Of a DNA stretch of 64,000 nt, positions 32,791 to 49,277 are shown piece by piece. Location: NCBI RefSeq assembly GCF_009914755.1, contig NC_060939.1; one strand, given 5' to 3'. The notes under the pieces were generated by a model. That model saw only the letters and a list, made by a program, of their open reading frames with translations, did no database searches and was not told where the DNA came from. The first letter of the stretch is position 1; each line of letters opens with the position of its first letter. The position numbers and the translations under genes were made by a program. The stretch comes from the human T2T-CHM13v2.0 reference genome, Homo sapiens.

Positions 32791-33175
32791 GGCTAGGCGC
32801 GCATAGTGGCTCACACCTGTAATCTTAGCACTTTGGGAGGCCAAGATGGGGGAGGATCACTTGAGACCAGGAGTTTGAGACCAGCCTGGTCAACATAGTG
32901 AGACCTGTCTCTACCAAAAAAAAAAAAAAAAGTTTCCCCATGTTATTAAAGATTTTACAAAATTTAATTTCTAGGCCCATAGCAAGACCCTATCTCTACA
33001 AAAAATTAAAAAATGAGCCGTGCATAGTATTGTGTGCTTGTAGTTCCAGCTGTTCAGGAGACAGGCAGGAGGATCCCTTGAGACCAGGAGTTTGAGGCTG
33101 CAGTGAGCCAGGATTGCCCCACTGCACTCCAGCCTGGGTGACAGAATGAGACCCTGTCTCAAAAAAAAAAAAAAA
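32791..33175 (+). mobile_element. FLAM/left monomer (32791-32931) plus a truncated AluJ (about 32975-33175)
   Basis: Two Alu-derived pieces, each with an A tail. Confidence 0.85.
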
Positions 33176-34471
33176 TTTTTTTTTTAAATTTCTAAATTTT
33201 TCTTATGCTTGTACCATTTATTTATTTAACTACCTTACCGTTAGTGGCATTGAGTTTTATAATTTTTTAACCTTTTTCAACTTGATCATAGATGCAGACG
33301 ACATATTATAATCCACGTTATCCTTGCTAAAGAGTGATATAGCAGATTGTTGGTTGATAGGATCTTTTTGACTCCAGATTTCATTTGTTTTAGATATCTC
33401 ATCTTAAATTGTCCACTGTTTATCTTTAGACTTCTCTTTGGAGTGTGGTGGTGCTTAATATTTCTCTTAAGAATCACAGATTATGTGCCTGGACACTCCT
33501 GTTGATCACTTCTTTATTGGAATTGTTTAATTAAAATTCTTGTGAAGCAGCTGTCTCCATTTTTATTTCTATGGCATAATGTTGTTGAATGTGACTATTA
33601 GAACATGGAGACCTTTTCATTGCATCTCTATGTGTATGCTAAATATACCCATTTATCAAGATGGAACTCAGGACTACCAGTTTTTCAATGCTGCTTCTCT
33701 CTGCTACAAAGGCATCAGCTTTTGACATATATGATTAAATTCCCTGAAAATAGAAATATTTCACCTTTTCCCCCCGGCTTATATATTTTATTCTTTTTCT
33801 CCTGCCCCCATATTTTTCTGAGCACTCAGACGCAGGCAGGTGTGCTGTGCTTGCCCAGTGTCTACTGTCATTGCTGTGGATACTGCAGTGTCAGTGCCTG
33901 GGTGGTTCCACACATCGCTCTCCAGCCAAACCTGTTTTGATTTTTTTATAATTTTGGCATGTTTTGTGGTAATTGAGGATCCTGTGGTTCTCAACACTTA
34001 CCATATATGATCTCTTTAGTGCAGTGTTTCTATATTTCTCGCCAGCCTAACAAACATAAATATTTATATAATAAAGTATCTCTGTTTATACTAACTGACT
34101 TACATGGCATAATCTACCTTTTCCCTAAAAATAATTATACAGGTGACTTCCTGGAGTTAATGATCTCCATGATAATTGTTTGTCTGTTTTTATTATTGTT
34201 GCTGTTAACTTCTTGTATATTAGTTGTAGCCGGGAGGTAGCACTAATTCTCTCACTCCCATTGCCTTATTAGAGTCTACTCTACTCCTGTTCATGGCACT
34301 GACTTTGCCTCTTAATCAAATGAAAATTCATTCTACCATCAAGTCCCTGACATTCTTTTAGCCTCCATAAAGTTTGTCCATCATATCTCACTTTTCTTCA
34401 CACCTGCAGGGGTTTCCAGGTGTAAGGGCTTATTGGACTGTGAAACTGTTTCTGAGAAGGCCACTGCATAA

Positions 34472-34780
<309 letters not shown>

Positions 34781-35378
34781 TAACTAGCACAGAGATGTTG
34801 TCTTTGGGCCCAAGATGAACCTATTAAGGAACTTTTCTTTTTCTCTGTTTGAAAAGTACAACATCAGCGACCTTCTATGTGTTTATCTTGAGAGAGATAT
34901 ATGATGAATAGACTTAGAACTGAACATTTTCTCTATTTTAGTATGGAAAAGTTAAATATCCTATTGTTCAAGATGGTTTGTTTTTATTATACATGACAGT
35001 GTTAGCTTTAAAGGTACTTTGGAAAACCACACACTTTTTTGTTTATGAATCTTAAAGTCTGTTCTATATTGGATAACCCGTAAGTTTCATTCTTGGCCAA
35101 AGATTCTGTTTTTGTGGAACTTTCCATCACTGAAGCACGATTTTTATTGATGGAACAGGCCATAACGACAGATCTTTAGAGGCAATTTTATTTAAGACTG
35201 TAACCTGCTGCACATAGTAAAAGTATTGCATCTACTTAAGCTGCCTGCTTGGATGGCTTACAGTCTTCTATGGTTAGAGAATAAATTCTGTTAAAATTTT
35301 CCCCTCTTGGGTTTTGACAGAGCTAATCCTTCTCTCTTTTTTTGGGGGGGTTGGGGGGTGGTTCAGGCATAAGCATAA

Positions 35379-35546
<168 letters not shown>

Positions 35547-35854
35547 TAAGTGCCAGGAAGATTGGGAGGTAGGCAGAATCAAATTGATTCTACATCACTG
35601 TTGGATATAATAGGATTTTCTACCACAGACATTAGTCTGTTCATTACCTGGAAGATGCCAGGCCAGAACCACAAATAGGATAGCATTTTCACTTTGAGTT
35701 TCTTGGTTCCTTTTTTTGCCCATCACCCCCCTTCTTATGTGTTTTCCTCTCTTTCTTGCCCTCTCCCTTACCTTTGCTTTTGGCTGCTCATGTGACATAT
35801 GACACAGCAACAGCAGTGGAGTTGTGTGTTGGGTGTCAGCCTAGCATAATGTCA

Positions 35855-36242
<388 letters not shown>

Positions 36243-36295
36243 GTTTACATTTTGAGCAGATTGTTGAGTGTCTTCTGTGGTGGTGTTTCAGCTAT

Positions 36296-36622
36296 GTTTT
36301 TTGTTTGTTTGTTTGTTTGTTTTTGAGATGGAGTCTCGCTCGGTCGCCCAGGTTGGAGTGCGCTGGCACGATCTTGGCTCATTGCAACCTCTGTCTCCTA
36401 GGTTGAAGTGATTCTTGTGCCTCAGCCTCCCGAGTAGCTGGGACTACAGGTGTGCACCACCACACCTAGCTAATTTTTTTTTTCTTTTTTTTTTTTTTTT
36501 TTAGTAGAGACAGGGTTTTTCCATGTTGGCCAGACTGGTCTCAAACTCCTGACCTCAAGTGATAGGCCCACCTCAGCCCCTCAAAGTGCTGGGATTATAG
36601 GTGTGAGCCATTGTGCCCGCTG
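36296..36622 (-). mobile_element. Alu (S)
   Basis: Antisense dimer; TSD cagctatgtt. Confidence 0.95.
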
Positions 36623-37076
36623 CAGCTATGTTAAAGGTGTATTCAAATTAGCCCTTCCTAAATAAAATGTTTTCAGATAGTTTTCTGTTTAAGAGGAAGC
36701 TAGATGAGAAAAGCCTAGCTCTTTTATTTTGGACCGGGGTTGAGAAGGTTGAAAATTCTTGGTGAATTATAACTTTCTGAGTAAAAGGCCAAAGGAAAGA
36801 GCTCCATTCTATAACATTGCTAGTCACCTTTCTGGCTTACCCATGCAATAGGTGAACCAGTAGGACTGTAACTAATTTTCTATTCTGCTGGTTTAGGGTT
36901 ACCATCACAGACTCATCCTGTAGATAGAAAATGCGATGTTTGAGAAATCATTTTTCTTGAGGCAGAGTTTATATTTTCAGCAGTTAACTTGACCTCTTTC
37001 TGAAGGATAGTTATTCTGAAGTAGAACACTTTAGAGGTTATTTGATGTTTCTAACAACTACATTTTACTTCCACAG

Positions 37077-37173
37077 CTCAAATCCTTTTAATAAAGAAGA
37101 GCTGACAGCTATTTTGAAATTTGGAGCAGAGGATCTCTTCAAAGAACTGGAAGGGGAGGAATCAGAACCTCAG
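37077..37173 (+). CDS. CHD2: CHD2 exon 23: [21 protein letters not shown]...EPQ
   Basis: cacag|C...CAG|gtaatt; 97 nt. Confidence 0.97.
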
Positions 37174-37626
37174 GTAATTAACAATGAGGAGAGGGAAATT
37201 TTTTTGAGAAGTATGATCTGTGAGAGTCTAACTTTTCTGTAAGAAGATTCTGTTAGAGGCTTTTGTAAAGAAAAAGTAATTACTTGAAGGACAGTGTGTT
37301 TTTCTTTCGTAGGAATCTCATAGCTCTTACCAAATTGAGTAGGAAGGAATTAATAAAGCATTCGAGTATACTTTTTTGGGTTGTTTTTTTCTCCCATTTC
37401 TGTTCGTTTTAATTTTTGAAGTTTCACCTTGTCATTTGTATAAATTATAGTTTGAGACATTAGATGTAAAAGATGTAGAGTTGAAACTGAAAGTAAATGA
37501 AATATCAGAAAGGAGAATTGGTTTATTTGCACCAAACATTTTTAGTAAATACGAATAATTTCTGGGCAACTAGGCAACTCATCTGTTGCCATTTTATTCT
37601 ATTCGTGTTGGCTTTTGTTCTTTTAG

Positions 37627-37722
<96 letters not shown>

Positions 37723-39125
37723 TGAAGATCTTTGTGGGAGAGAGTTCTCAGCATTGATTCATTAATGATGACTAATGTTTATGAACGCTTTCTTTGTGCT
37801 AGGCGCTCTGCTTTTCTCTTTACCTGAATTGAGTCATATCCTCAATATTGTTCTCTGAATTGTGAGTATGTTGTGAATGTAGGTTCTACAGTCCGCACGA
37901 AGGTAATCACTGAAGTGGGCTATCCTATGTAGAGTCAGTGTGTGGCGGAAAAGAAATCACTGAAGAGAGGGCTAGGTAGAGAGCCAGGACAGAGTGTAGA
38001 ACCAGGACGTGTGGAGCACTGTGGGACACGTCAATAGATCAGATGCCAAAGAGAGGTCAAAGATAGGAAAAGAGTAGATGACAATTAGAAGGTTCTGATG
38101 ACTTGGTGAGATTTTAGTTTGTTTTTTGTTTGGTAAGTGAGAGAAAGAGGTGTCAGTGGTGTCTCATATAACAGAAAATTACATGAAATGAGGACTAAAC
38201 ACAAAAGTTGGGCACCAGACGAATAGGAGGTGGCAGCACAGAGTATCAATGTTATTAAAAAGCTTAGTGAAAGAGTACAGGGATGCTAAATTATATGGCT
38301 AGAAGGTTGAAGCAAGACAAGGTTTTTGAAAGATGTTACCATGTTTCTAGTTTGAGGAAAGAACTTGAGTATAGGGAGATATTGAAGGTTCTCAGGAAGG
38401 AAATGATTTGATGGCACATTGCCCCAGAGGAGACTGGAAGGGATACAGTCAAAAGCACAGATGGAAGACTTGGCCTTGGAAAGAAAAAGGACAAGTACAC
38501 TTTAGGGAAGAGGAGGAAAGAGATGCTGTGGGAGTTTAATTTATGCTCTTAATGACTAGTAAAGTAAGTGAGGTGTTTGCTTGAGAAGTGGAAAAGATTT
38601 GGGACAGCCATGGATGAGGCAGAAAGTTGTTGGGAGGAACCTGATAGGGAGTCAGCTGAATTGAGATGATACAGCTTTGCCGTGGAGCCAGTCAGCAGGG
38701 TCATATGACTTTCTCCAGCAATACTTTTGAGGTCAGAGAAATTGGATCAGTTGGCTATCCCAAGGTGGGAGATTGGCTTGGGAGGCACAGGAAAGTCAAA
38801 ATAGCAAAGGTTTTCAAGATTCATGTGACAGCTTGGAAGGAAGGATTGACCATGGGTTGATTCCATGGAGGTAGAGAAGCAAGAGAGACCTGATGATTAC
38901 AATGATGGCTAAGTGTAGTATGCCCATTAGGATTGAATTGAATTAGGGGAAATTGTGTGAAGTGTTTGGAAGGAAGCAATATTGTGTGATTAGCTCCAAA
39001 GCTGGCCACTGGTAGAAGTTGTTTCAATGGAAGAACAAGGATGGAATTGAGTGGGCCAGAGAGCCCTAGATTAATGGGTTAGGATGCAGAGGATGGGGTA
39101 GAGAAGGGGGAAGGTGATTTATTAG

Positions 39126-39468
39126 TGTTCGTCATAGTCGGTTTGGGCTCCTGCAGTAAAATACCGTAGACTGGGTGGTTTATAAACAATAGAAATGTAT
39201 TTCTCACAGTTCTGAAGATTTGAAGTTTGAGATCAGGGTGCCAACATGGTCAGGTTCTGGTGGAGGCTCTCAGGTTGCAGACTGCTGACTTTTCTTATCT
39301 TCCCATGGTAGAGAGAGAGAAGCTAGAGAGCTCTCTGGGGGTCCCTTTTATAAGGGCAGTAATCCTATTATGAGGGCTCTACCCTCATGACCTCCTAACA
39401 CCTTACATTGGGAGTTAGGATTTCATCCTATGACTTTTGGGAAGAACATAAACATTCAGTCCATTGCA
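39126..39468. mobile_element. MLT1A/B-type MaLR LTR
   Basis: aaaataccgtagactgggtggtttataaacaatagaaatgtatttctcacagttctg ... aaacattcagtccattgca. Confidence 0.8.
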
Positions 39469-40558
39469 CTGTTTCAGCTCAGTTCCACCTCTGTGACTGC
39501 TGCTCCTTTCTTCAGCAATAAAAACCTGCACTTGTGTAACTCTTACTGTGTTTCAAGCACTATCTTAAGTTAAGGGCCAGAGTCTGGCCTTTAACCACGA
39601 TGTCCCTTTTGGAAAAGTTAAATTCCTTACTGCATGAACCACTAACGTATGTGCATATTTACATCAATCTTAATTTTAGTTAATTTTAGCCAAAAGTCAT
39701 AAAGTAAGAGTCTTAACTTGACTTCACTGTTGGCTCCAAGGAATGGAGCCTCCAGAAGCTCATTTATACCTTATGACTGTCTCAAAGGCTAGGAGGGAGG
39801 GAATAAGAAGAATGCGGAGCCAGGCTGGGGGCTGCCTGCCACTGCTCAGATGCTGTCCAGAGGTGGTAGATGTTTCTGTGTACTCCTCCTCTGGTTCTTT
39901 GAAATGGATACATTTAGATGGCTTTCTTTCTGGGATACCTACTGTTTTAGTACAAATACATATCGGATATTAAATAATATTTGATAAGAAATGAAGAGAA
40001 TATTCTTCTAGATTTATTTAAATTTTTTCTGTTTTATGTTTTCATTTTATTTCCTAAGACTAAAGTGCACTTGTGAGCATATGAAATCACCACACATCTT
40101 TAACTTTCATATTTTTGATAAAAATGAATAAAGCAACCAGTTGGCTAGATGATAATGAGTGCTTTGAGTTATGCATTGTTTCAAATGAACTCTATACAAC
40201 TTATAGAAATGTAAGTTCATCATGGAGTATTAGGTATTAAGCATTTTAAAATCTAAATAAATCTAAATTTTATCATTAGTATTATATTTATTAGAACATG
40301 TATATGATTTATAACAGCTCATTCAATAAAACTTATAAAAACAATTTGTATCTTTGTAGCTGTTTCTCTGCTTTTCAGTAAAATTTATGATGTGATGAAC
40401 TTGAGGACTTGACAAGTTGATTTTTGGGGGTATAAAGGAAAAATTAATAGAAAATTGATTATCTGATTATGTAATATCACAAAAGTCCTATTATTCACAG
40501 TGTCTACTTAGATAAAAACACTGGATAAATTGTTTTAGTAGATGGTGTTTAGAAATAG

Positions 40559-40771
<213 letters not shown>

Positions 40772-41738
40772 TGAGATGAAAGATATGAAATTATTTCTTA
40801 TGTTGTGAATGCTACAGAAGTGTTGATTATTCAAAGAAGAGGCCTTGCATTGTTCCCCTGACACAGAGGCTTCAGGAGCAGAGTTGATACTGTAGGAAAC
40901 TTAACAAAGGAAAGTGGAGAAATCTGCAGAGCTCCTGAGCACACCTGTGAGACATCGGATTTGGTCTTTGCAAATTGGCTCTTTGTGAAGCTGATAAACA
41001 GGGTCTGAAATTTCCAGAAGTTTGCATTTTGCCTTTGAGTAGTCCTCACAGTTTGGCTGTTAATTGCCACTGCCTTCAACTTTCAGAAAGTCACACCTCT
41101 GTTTGTCCATAACAGTTCACAGCACTTGATATAAATACTTAGTAAAGGATTATATAACTATAAATAAGAAACATATACCAACTTGACAGTTCACAAAGCT
41201 CCATCACAGACACTATCTAATTTGATTTTTGTAACAACATTGAAATAGGTAGAACAAGTTTTTTTACCCATTTTGTTGGAGGTAATAGACACAGATTTGT
41301 TCAAGGTCACAGTAAATCAGTATGAGGTAACACTAGCTACCATTTATTGAGCCCTTACAATGTGCTAGGCATACTTCTAAGTGCTTTAACTTACTGAAAA
41401 CCATCTGTTATAGGTACTATTGTCTTCATTTTTCAAATGAGAAAATAAAGGCACAAAGAGTAAAATTACTTGCCCAAAGGAGTAAACATGAACCTGTTTT
41501 ATAATGGGATATTGTAAAAATATTCATATATTTTTAATCCAGTTCACTTATCGTTATATTACAATGTCTCTGAAAGTATGACTGTCCTAAGTGGGTATTT
41601 CTCCAAGACCTGTCTCCCCTTATTTGTCAAAGGAAAATTGACTTGTCTGATATGGTGAGAAGTTCTGAATACTAAAGAATTAAGATGGCCTTCTCTTAGT
41701 CCTTTCACCACTTGAACTTCGCACTTGTTACAGTGTGA

Positions 41739-42023
<285 letters not shown>

Positions 42024-42994
42024 TAGGCAGAGGCTAATACCTACAAAAAAGGAAAGAGAAGCTGGGTCCTGTCCCAGATCTGTAGGATGATCCTTCCTTC
42101 TCCAAGGTTTCTTTCTGTTGAGATCACTTTTATTTGTTGTTCATCTCTCTATTTCTCTCTTATTCTCTGGTTATTCAGAACATTTTCACAAAGTTCAGCT
42201 CGGGGAAGGAGATAATTGACATACATGTATATACAGACTTATGTATCTGTATATAAAAGAAATATCAAAAATAAAAATGGTACAAATAAGTCTACCCTCA
42301 CTACCTCTCCCCTCCGCCACAATCCCACTTCCACCTGTGTTAGTACTGACATCAGTTTGCTAGTGGTTTGCTTTGATTTATAAGTAGTATGTACAGCATG
42401 TTGTTCAGCACCTTGCTTTCCCCGATCCCATTTAAAATCCATTTTAGACATCTTTCTATGTGAGTGATTACTATACATTTCTTGGTATCTGATTCAAATG
42501 TCTCTATCCTCCATAAAAAAATCTAAAATTGTTGCTTACAAATTATTTTTTTTCCAGTTTCCATCTTTTTTTTTTAAGCCTGAAGAAAATAGAAAGTATA
42601 AAGATGGTTTTAAGGCCTAATCCATATTATAATTATATTAAATAGTCCTTTAAGTTTCATGTATTTGAAACTGTGAGGTGTTTCTTTTCACTTAAAGGTC
42701 ACACCTATTCTTCTTTCTTTGTTTAATTTACTATGGAAAAATAGAAATATTTCAAAATACTGACAGAATAGCATGTAACACATCCCCTCTTGTGCTTATC
42801 ATCTTAACAATTTTGAATTTGTAGCCAAAATTGTATGTATATATACACACCCCACCTCTTCTTGCTCCCTATTCCCAGTATTATTTTGAGAAGAATGTGT
42901 TTTCTGCTATGGGGCAGTATGTTCTATAGCTGTATTTGGCTTAGTGTTTTTCAGGTCTTTAATTTCTTCATTGATTTTCTGTATAGTTGTGGTT

Positions 42995-43297
42995 ATTTTG
43001 GTAGAGTCAGAATCTTGCTCTCTTGCACAGGCTGGAGTATGATCCTATCTCACTGTAACCTCACACTCCTGGGCTCAAGTGATCCTCCTGCCTGAGTGCC
43101 TTTTTCACTCAGCCTCCCAGGTAGCCAGGTCTACAGGCATGTGCCACCATGTCTGGCTAATTAAAAATTTTTTTTTTTGGTAGAGACAAGGTTTCATTAT
43201 GTTGCCCAGGCTGGTCTCAGACTCCTGGCCTCAAGTATCCTCCTGCTTCAGCCTCCCAAAGTGTTGGGATTATAGGCCTGAGCCACCGTGCGCAGCC
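42995..43297 (-). mobile_element. Alu (J)
   Basis: Diverged antisense dimer. Confidence 0.9.
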
Positions 43298-43577
43298 TAG
43301 TTGTTCTACCCATTATTGAAAATGGGATGTTGACATCTCTGTTACTCTTATATGATCCATTTGTTCTTCAATTGTTAGTTTTTGCTTCATGTGTTTTTGG
43401 ACTCTTATTAATTGTATATATTTTTTATAATCGATAGGTCTTGATTGGCCTTTTTATTGTAACATGTATTTCTGTCTGTAGTAACAATTTTTGTTTTAAT
43501 TCCTATTTTCAGTTTGATATTAGTATAGCCACTCCAGCTTTCTTTTTGGGTATTTGAAATTTTAAAAAATGGTATTT

Positions 43578-43892
43578 GGCCAGGCATGGTGGTTCACGCC
43601 TGTAATCCCAGCACTTTGGGAGGCCAAGGCAGGCAGATCGCTGGAGCCTAGGAGTTTGAGACCAGCATGGTCTCAACATGGCGAAACCCTCTCTCTACTA
43701 AAAATACAAAAAATTAGCCAGGTGTGGTGGTACACACCTGCAGTCCCAGGTACTTGGGAGGCTGAGGCTGAGGCACGAGAATTGCTTGAACCCAGGAGGC
43801 CAAGGTTTGCAGTGAGCCGAGATGGCACCACTAAACTCCAGCCTGGGTGACAGAGCAAAACTCTCTAAAAGAAGAAGGAAAAAAAAAAAAAG
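43578..43892 (+). mobile_element. Alu (S/J)
   Basis: Dimer; a(a/g)atggtat flanks. Confidence 0.93.
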
Positions 43893-44344
43893 ATGGTATC
43901 TTAAAATTTTTTAAAAATATTTTTTCTGCCAATCTCTTTTTTTTGATTGCAGTATTTAATCTATTTACATTTAATGCAGTTATTATAAAGTAGGAATTAT
44001 GTCTGCATTTTGCTATTTGTCTTCTATATGTCATGTTTTTTTTGTTTATTTCCCCATTACTACTTTCCTTTGTGTTAAATATATAATATACCATTTTAAT
44101 TACCTTAAAAAAAAAACTTTTTTTTTCACTTATTTTCTTAGTGGTTGCCCTAGAAATTACAAGTAACATCTTAGAACAATTTACTTTGAATTAACATCAA
44201 TTTAATTTCAATGGCATTATAAAAACTTTGCCCCAGTTATAGCTCACCATCCCCATTTGTGCTGTTGTCGCACATTACATCTTTACACATTTTAAACCCA
44301 TCAATGCAGTTTTATAATTCATACTTTATATAGTTAGTTGTCTC

Positions 44345-44648
<304 letters not shown>

Positions 44649-45235
44649 AGTTAGTTGTCTTTTAAAATCAGATAGAAGGAAAAGAGTTACAAAAATGCAT
44701 GTATACTGTTTTTATATTTACTTACTCTATTATTCCATGGGTGCTCTTATTTCTTCATGTGATTTGAGTTACTATTTTATGTCCTTTCATGTCTGCCCAA
44801 AGGACTCTCTTTTAGCATTTTATTTTGAGGCAGGTCTGCTAACAATGGATTCTCTATTTTGGCTTAGCTCGCACTGTTAATTTCATCTTCATTTTTGAAG
44901 GAAAGTCTTAATTTCTTTTTTTCTGTTTCTCACGTGGGATAATCTCAATTGGCCTATCTTCAGATTTGGCAGTTCTCTCTTCTTCAGGCTAATATCTGCT
45001 GCTGAGCCTCACCAGTGATTTTTTTTTTCATTTCCGTTATTGTAGTTTTCAACTCTAGAATTTCTATTTCACTCTTTAAAAAATGTCCGTTTTTAAACAG
45101 CATTTCTGTTTCTATTGATATCATTTTCGACCTTTCTTTTTAATTCTCTAGGCAGACTTTTTTTAACTCTTGTAAATATTTATAATAGCTGATTAGCATC
45201 CTTGTCTTATAAGCCTACATGCTAGACTTCCTTAG

Positions 45236-45648
<413 letters not shown>

Positions 45649-45996
45649 TAAATCATATGGCAACTCTGGAAATCAGATCTCCCCTCCCAGCCATGTGTTG
45701 TGTTTGCCGCTGCTGTTGTATTTGCTTGTTTAGTGACTTTCCTGTACTAGTTATCTGAAGTCTGTATTCTTTGTCATGTTATGTGATCCTTGTCATGCTA
45801 TGTGTAGTCTCTACTCCTTTAGCTTAGTGGTCAGCTAATGATTGAACAGAGATTTCCTTAAATGCTTTGAGCCTGTAAGTCTACCAGCCTTTGTTGAAGG
45901 GCTGGGTATGTGTTGTTGGGGCACGTTTCAATGCTCTGGAAGGCAATTGACAACTCTGCCTTAACTTTCAGTTCCTGCTTGCACAGTTGCTCAAGG

Positions 45997-46148
45997 TCTT
46001 TCTCAGGCTCAGACAAATGACAGTGACTCTGACAGTGAGTCCAAGAGGCAGGCCCAGAGATCCTCTGCTTCTGAGAGTGAGACAGAAGAGTCTGATGATG
46101 ACAAGAAGCCAAAGCGCAGAGGGTGTCCCAGGAGCGTGCGGAAGGACC
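45997..46148 (+). pseudogene. Partial intronic duplicate of CHD2 exon 26, including 10 nt of its acceptor
   Basis: Ungapped match to 41750..41901 with 8 mismatches in 152 bp. Confidence 0.95.
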
Positions 46149-47737
46149 CTTTGAGATCTTTCCTCTGCATGGACACAGACCTGCACATGTCAGAGCTTTT
46201 CAGAGTATCTATCCTATGAACATCTTTCCTCCCAGTTTTTCTTTTTGTCTTTGTTCAACCTTTTGTTATTTCCAGTTGGTAATGTTGCCTCAGGCCGTCA
46301 TGGTGTTAAATCTTTGCATCTAATTGTTTTTGACCAATGAATTTTGGACAGGGCTATTCACACAGTGAGTTCTGGGTCAGTCCAATAAAGACAAGCCTGA
46401 GAATGGAGCTTCTTAGGGTGCTGTTAGCCAGGTCCAGTCATTCTGGGGGAATAGGGCTTTTGGAGAACTCTCAACCTCTTCTTTACCCTCCAGTGGCTGC
46501 TGTGCTGCTGGTTACACAGCTATTGTAGTTGCAGAAGTGTTAGTTTTGAAGGCTGTCATGCAGCTGGGGTTAAGGGGTGGGAATAGTGCAAGTTAAAAAA
46601 TGCCTTGAAGCTTGCTGAGCCATTTTCTTGAATAAATTTCTTAGATGGCTGCACGCATTTGGTTAATTTCCAGAGTTGTGACAATACTGATTGTGACCGT
46701 TTATGCCAGCATTCCTATTGCTTTTATGGGGGAGCAGATTTTCACAGACCCTTAGTCTGTCATTTCGGAAGTGTTGTTATTTAGACATAAAATATTTCAG
46801 TGTCTGTCAAGAAGGAGAAATGCAGTTAAGGAGTAATCCTCAGGTTTTGTTCATATATAATACTTTCCTAACCTTTGTATCTGCGCTGTTCCTTTAATGT
46901 TGTTTTTAGCTATTGTCATATTCAGTCCCATTTTATTCTGTAGCCATGTCTTCTCATTTCCATTTTTCCCTTAGCATCTGTCCTTACATGGTTATATAAC
47001 CCAATTATCATAGTAATTTGGCATATTACATGATGCCCTTAATGTGTCATGAAGTCCTGGTTTTTAGTGGAAAGTACTGGTGACCAGCCTGTAGGAATGG
47101 GGATGATGGCATGAGTTGGTATGTAGCATAGTTTAGGGTAGAGACTTGCAGGAAGATAGATTGGATTTTTGGGAGGAGAGGTCAGTAGAGTTTCCAAAAT
47201 TGTTTGCCTAAGAAGTTTTAAATCATATTTTACTGTGCCTTATTCCAAAAACTATTTGAGACAGTCAAAAAAATCTTAACAGCTGAAAAATCATTGGTTT
47301 TCTAATAACGAAAAATATGGTATTGAAGGTAACAGTGGTGAACTGAATACGCTGATGAAACGATATAAGGGTTTGTCACAATAGAGTCGTGATGATTGAA
47401 TCCTTTATGACACAGTGAAGTCTATAAACTTGTATCTTCTAAAAAGGATATTAGAGCTAAGTCACAGTTCTCTAGCATGTTATCTAAGCAGGTTTATGTA
47501 CAGTCACTGAGAATAAAGTTGATCTTTAATTTGAATAGATTTTTAGCAGTCATTATTTTAAGTTGACTAGTTTCAAAGACATTCAACATTTATTCATTTT
47601 TTTGGTAGTGCAAGGATTGAGTCCACTCTATTTTTGACAATTTGCATGGCTCATATGTCATCACAGGATATGCTAGCATCAACATAACTAAAGTAAGTCT
47701 CTGTTTTTTTAATATGTTTTATTGATCCTATTCTTAG

Positions 47738-47779
47738 GTTCATCAAGGCTTATAAGAAGTTTGGTCTCCCTCTTGAACG
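47738..47779 (+). CDS. CHD2: CHD2 exon 27: FIKAYKKFGLPLE (SANT)
   Basis: cttag|G...CG|gtaagt; 42 nt; phase 2-2. Confidence 0.96.
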
Positions 47780-49070
47780 GTAAGTTCAGTGTAATAGTCC
47801 CTTATCTTCCTCTTTTTTGCTTTTATTATATAGTACGTTCTTTTTTGGTAAATTTTTCCATTTAATACTAATGCTGGGAACATTTTTTTTTCTGGAAACA
47901 TTTATTTACAAACATTTATATATTGGGTGCCTGTTCATTCATGTCTCTCTGCAGAGGGATGACAAAGATGATAAAGACAGGCCATCCATAAAAAGACTTT
48001 CACCTTCGTGAGGGAGATAAAGCAAGTATATTCAAAACCATAGTGCGTGAAATAATTTCCAGAGAGATGTTCATGTAACTCCAGTTGAAAAGAATGTATG
48101 TAGTTATTATTTGTATCCTAGTTCTTAGATTTAATAATGTCAAAGGTAAAAGGCTCTTTATGATTTTATAATCTTCTGCTAATTAGCAGGATTTTATGAG
48201 GATTAAATACAAAGGACTTAACATAGCCTTGACTATAAAAACTTCCAAAAGGGTAGCTGTTGTTACTATTCTATAAGCATTTAGAAAATAATTCAGAAGT
48301 TAGATTTTAACAGAAGACTCTATTTGAAATGGTTCGGTACTTTACTTCCTATAAAATCTAAAAAGCCCTAATTTAAAGGAAATACTGGGCTCCCTTCTCT
48401 TTCTTCTGATAAACTTCTTGAGTGGGTGAAAATTACAAGCCTGTTTTTGTTTGGTCCTCTCCATTTGGCGAGGAGGTAGTGATGTGTAGCATTAAGCCAC
48501 AGCAAGGCCAAGAAGGTCAGTTGCATCTTTCCAGGACTATTGCTGACCACCCAGGGGTAGACTGTCTGTTTTTGGGCCAGTTACCGTAAAAGCCAATAGA
48601 ATGTGGAAAAGGGGGCTTGACACCTTTTGACAGCCTGTTTTTTAGCTGTTAATGTAGTTGTGTGCTTCATATGACATGGAGATCAACTAAACATATAGTA
48701 GAAGTAGCTATACTCTGCTTCTAGGAGCATTGCAGTGAATGAAAGTAGGCTGGAGAAAGGAAAGTGAACACAAAAGAAGCAAGCTAGTACGGATGGTGTT
48801 CAGGCACTTCACCTGCTGCCACTAACAGCCTATTTATTTAATAAACTTTGCTTTGCTTGTTTCTTTCTTTCCTCTCTGTTTTTTGGAATTATTTTGTTTT
48901 GTGGAATATTCAAGACACAATTCTTTATGATGGAAAATGAATGTGTTAGCCTTCAGTCAATGTCCAGGGGTTCTTGTTGGAGCCTTAGAATGACCACTAA
49001 AGGAACGCAAAGAAAAGTGTCTTTGCAGGAGAAGATTATGTGAGGCCTAGTGGCATCTCATGACACTTAA

Positions 49071-49277
<207 letters not shown>

